Below are positions 61,909 through 64,000 of a stretch of 64,000 nucleotides of DNA, in pieces; the stretch's first letter is position 1; the number at the start of each line of letters is the position of its first letter. The notes beneath the pieces were generated by a model. It was not told the DNA's origin. It made no database searches and saw nothing but the letters and a program-made list of their open reading frames with translations. Source of the DNA: Paraspadella gotoi. Taxonomy: Eukaryota; Animalia; Chaetognatha. The translations under genes were made by a program, and so were the position numbers. The stretch is from contig CM119267.1 in assembly GCA_051294375.1 (NCBI GenBank), positions 25,745,293 to 25,809,292 on the forward strand, given 5' to 3'.

Positions 61909-63210
61909 ATGACGTCGCGCGAGAGTCTCGTCGGCCTGGCCACTCACCTCCAGGCGATGGAGGACGCTCTCGTCGACTTCATCCTGGAAGCGGCGTTGAG
62001 GCTTTTCTCCATTACCGACGCCGGCGTCTTGGTCGTCGTAGAAAATCAGCGAGGGAGAAGGTTTTGCGGAAAGGTGGGTCGGTGTAGCCTGTAATGAAGA
62101 AGTGGCTTATCGGGAGAGTCGGTCTGAGAGGCTTGCGAGAAAGGTCGGTCAGAGGGGAAACTTTGGAAGGTGGGTCTGAGTTCACCAAAAGGAAGATGGA
62201 GTGGCTTGTCGGGAAGGTTGGTCGAAGTGTTGCCGGAACGTTGGGTGAAAGGGGAAGGTGGGTCGGAGTCGCTTGTTTTTGCTAACAAAAGAGGCAAAGT
62301 TAAACCAAGTAATTCCTCGTGTTAGGGCGCCTTAGTCCGACGCTTCCTCGACAACGGACTCTCACTCGACGCCGGCGACGTTGAAGTCGAACTCAACGAG
62401 GCCGTGGCGCCGCTAAAGATAAAAAAGGCGCCGAATTTCGACGCGGCGTCGGCGCCGAAACGTCGGAGACTCGAATCGAAAGCGCCGGTCGTCGATGTCA
62501 AACCGGAAGTAGAGGAACTCGTCATCGACGACGACGAAAACGAGGACGCGACGGAGAGTTTCGGTGGCGGCGCCAGCGCTGGCGGCGCCGGCGGCGGCGG
62601 CGACTATTTATGGATGAACGACGGCTACAGTGGGCAACTTTTCAACAGTCAACTTGACGAAAACTCCTTCCCCGCCGAAAACGTCTTCGATCGACTTGAC
62701 TCGCTCGACTCTTCCGCCCCCGATGTGGAGGGCATGACGAGCGATTCTCGGAGGAGACTCAAGGAACGCGCGGTCCGCGACATTCGCCATCCCGCCGCAG
62801 CCTTTCGTCGAGGAACCACTGAATCCAAACTCCTCGCCTCCATTCTCTACGACTTCGGCAAGGAGACGACGCTCGCCAATCCTCATCCACTCGAGTCGGC
62901 CGAGGCAAAGAGGTCGGATAATTAGATTTCATTCTCCTCATCATCAATTAAAATTTGAGAGAGAGACTGAGAATGAGAATGAATGAAGCCTTCTTTCGCT
63001 TACAGATATTTTGCTGAGAGACTCGACAATTACGTCCGTTCCTTTCCCCAATTCGCGACTCTAACGACGACGCCCGACATGACCGCTCTCTTCGCCCGCG
63101 ACGGAGCCTTGCAACAGTACACGCCTCTCAGCTTCATGAAAATGAACGCGAGAAACGGTTACAAGCGAGTTTTCAGGACGAGGAGGAAGGCAGTTGACCC
63201 TCATTCCTGA
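61909..63210 (+). CDS. Uncharacterised protein of about 318 aa; exons 61909-62073, 62326-62912 and 63006-63210
   Basis: GC-rich exons joined in frame by GT-AG introns. Contains NLS-like PKRRRLE, SUMO-site-like VKPE and SIM-like LVIDDDE. Confidence 0.75.
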
Positions 63211-63453
63211 AATAACGCCACTCGTTTTATTTTCACGATCAATTTTTGTTGATTTTTGATTTGATAAGATTTATGTAATATGTTAAGAGCCGATTAATTT
63301 AAATTATTCTAATTAACTATTTATGTTTGAGCGTCGAATGAATTTATTTTTTGTACGTTGATTCTTGTTGATTAGTAGCCTGAAATTTCCTTAGTTTATG
63401 TGAAATATGAGAGTCTGAGTCTTGAAACTTTTTTCCTCAACTTTTATTTGACT

Positions 63454-64000
63454 ATGGGGACGACGACGACGACGACGACAAGGTCTAAGACGACCCGTCC
63501 GCGCCTTTCCCCCTCCTCCTCCACTTCTTCTTCTTCCTGCTCCTCCGCCTCATCCTCCAAAAAGCCCCTTCCTCCTTTTCCCGTCGTCCGCGATTGGGTC
63601 TGCGTCGTAGTTGTCGACGCCAATCAAGACAACGTCCTCCTCAGGGACATTGATGACAAAGGGCTGTGGATCCCGCACGGTCCGGCTCGTGACAAGGTGA
63701 GGTGGTTGGACAAAATGATGACAGTTGGTCCTTTAAGTGTTTATTCCAAACCCGTTTGATGAATCAAAAGAGCTAGTGTCGCAGTCAAAATTTGCGCTGC
63801 GATTTAAAAGCTTGGAGTATGTACTATGTAAAAACCACGCGCCTCTTTTCTATAAAAAATGTTAACAGGAATGGTTCCTCGACGCTGCGTGCCGCGTGGC
63901 GCGAGAAACGACGGGTCACAACGTAAATGTCTCTGGTCTCCTTAGCGTTAGACGCATCCATCTTCCTCTCGGCGCCTCGCTCCTCGCCGAACCGGAGCTC
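63454..64000 (+). CDS. Nudix-fold protein, 5' part (exons 63454-63696 and 63869 to the window end)
   Basis: WVCVVVVD..DNVLL....GLWIPHG joined to a degenerate Nudix box GPARDKEWFLDAACRVARETTG, followed by V.VSGLLSV. Confidence 0.6.

Overview
This is AT-rich genomic DNA from an intron-containing eukaryote, most likely an invertebrate animal, with CpG-rich exons and repeat-filled introns. Nine protein-coding genes lie head-to-tail, all on the + strand: the URI1 3' exon, CLNS1A/pICln, a transmembrane histidine acid phosphatase, FAM8A1, SAP18, a biliverdin reductase A-like gene, lipin (about 24.5 kb), an unknown nuclear-type protein, and the start of a Nudix-fold protein. Mobile DNA includes two Helentron-type (HINE) families, TA-flanked MITEs, three TIR elements with 8-bp TSDs, Penelope (with hammerhead-ribozyme motifs), Tx1/L1 and CRE-like fragments, SINE-like repeats and two TRIMs sharing one primer-binding site; one TRIM carries a 72-nt tRNA-like gene in its LTR. 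The main find is a decayed DIRS tyrosine-recombinase retrotransposon. Its termini, ATT recombination core and empty target site can be reconstructed, and its internal complementary region lies upstream of the ORFs instead of at the usual 3' position. Two 25-N gaps are flanked by a tandem duplication and an inverted segment, both probably assembly artefacts. Gene names come from recalled protein motifs, no database search was run, and exon boundaries were read by eye.
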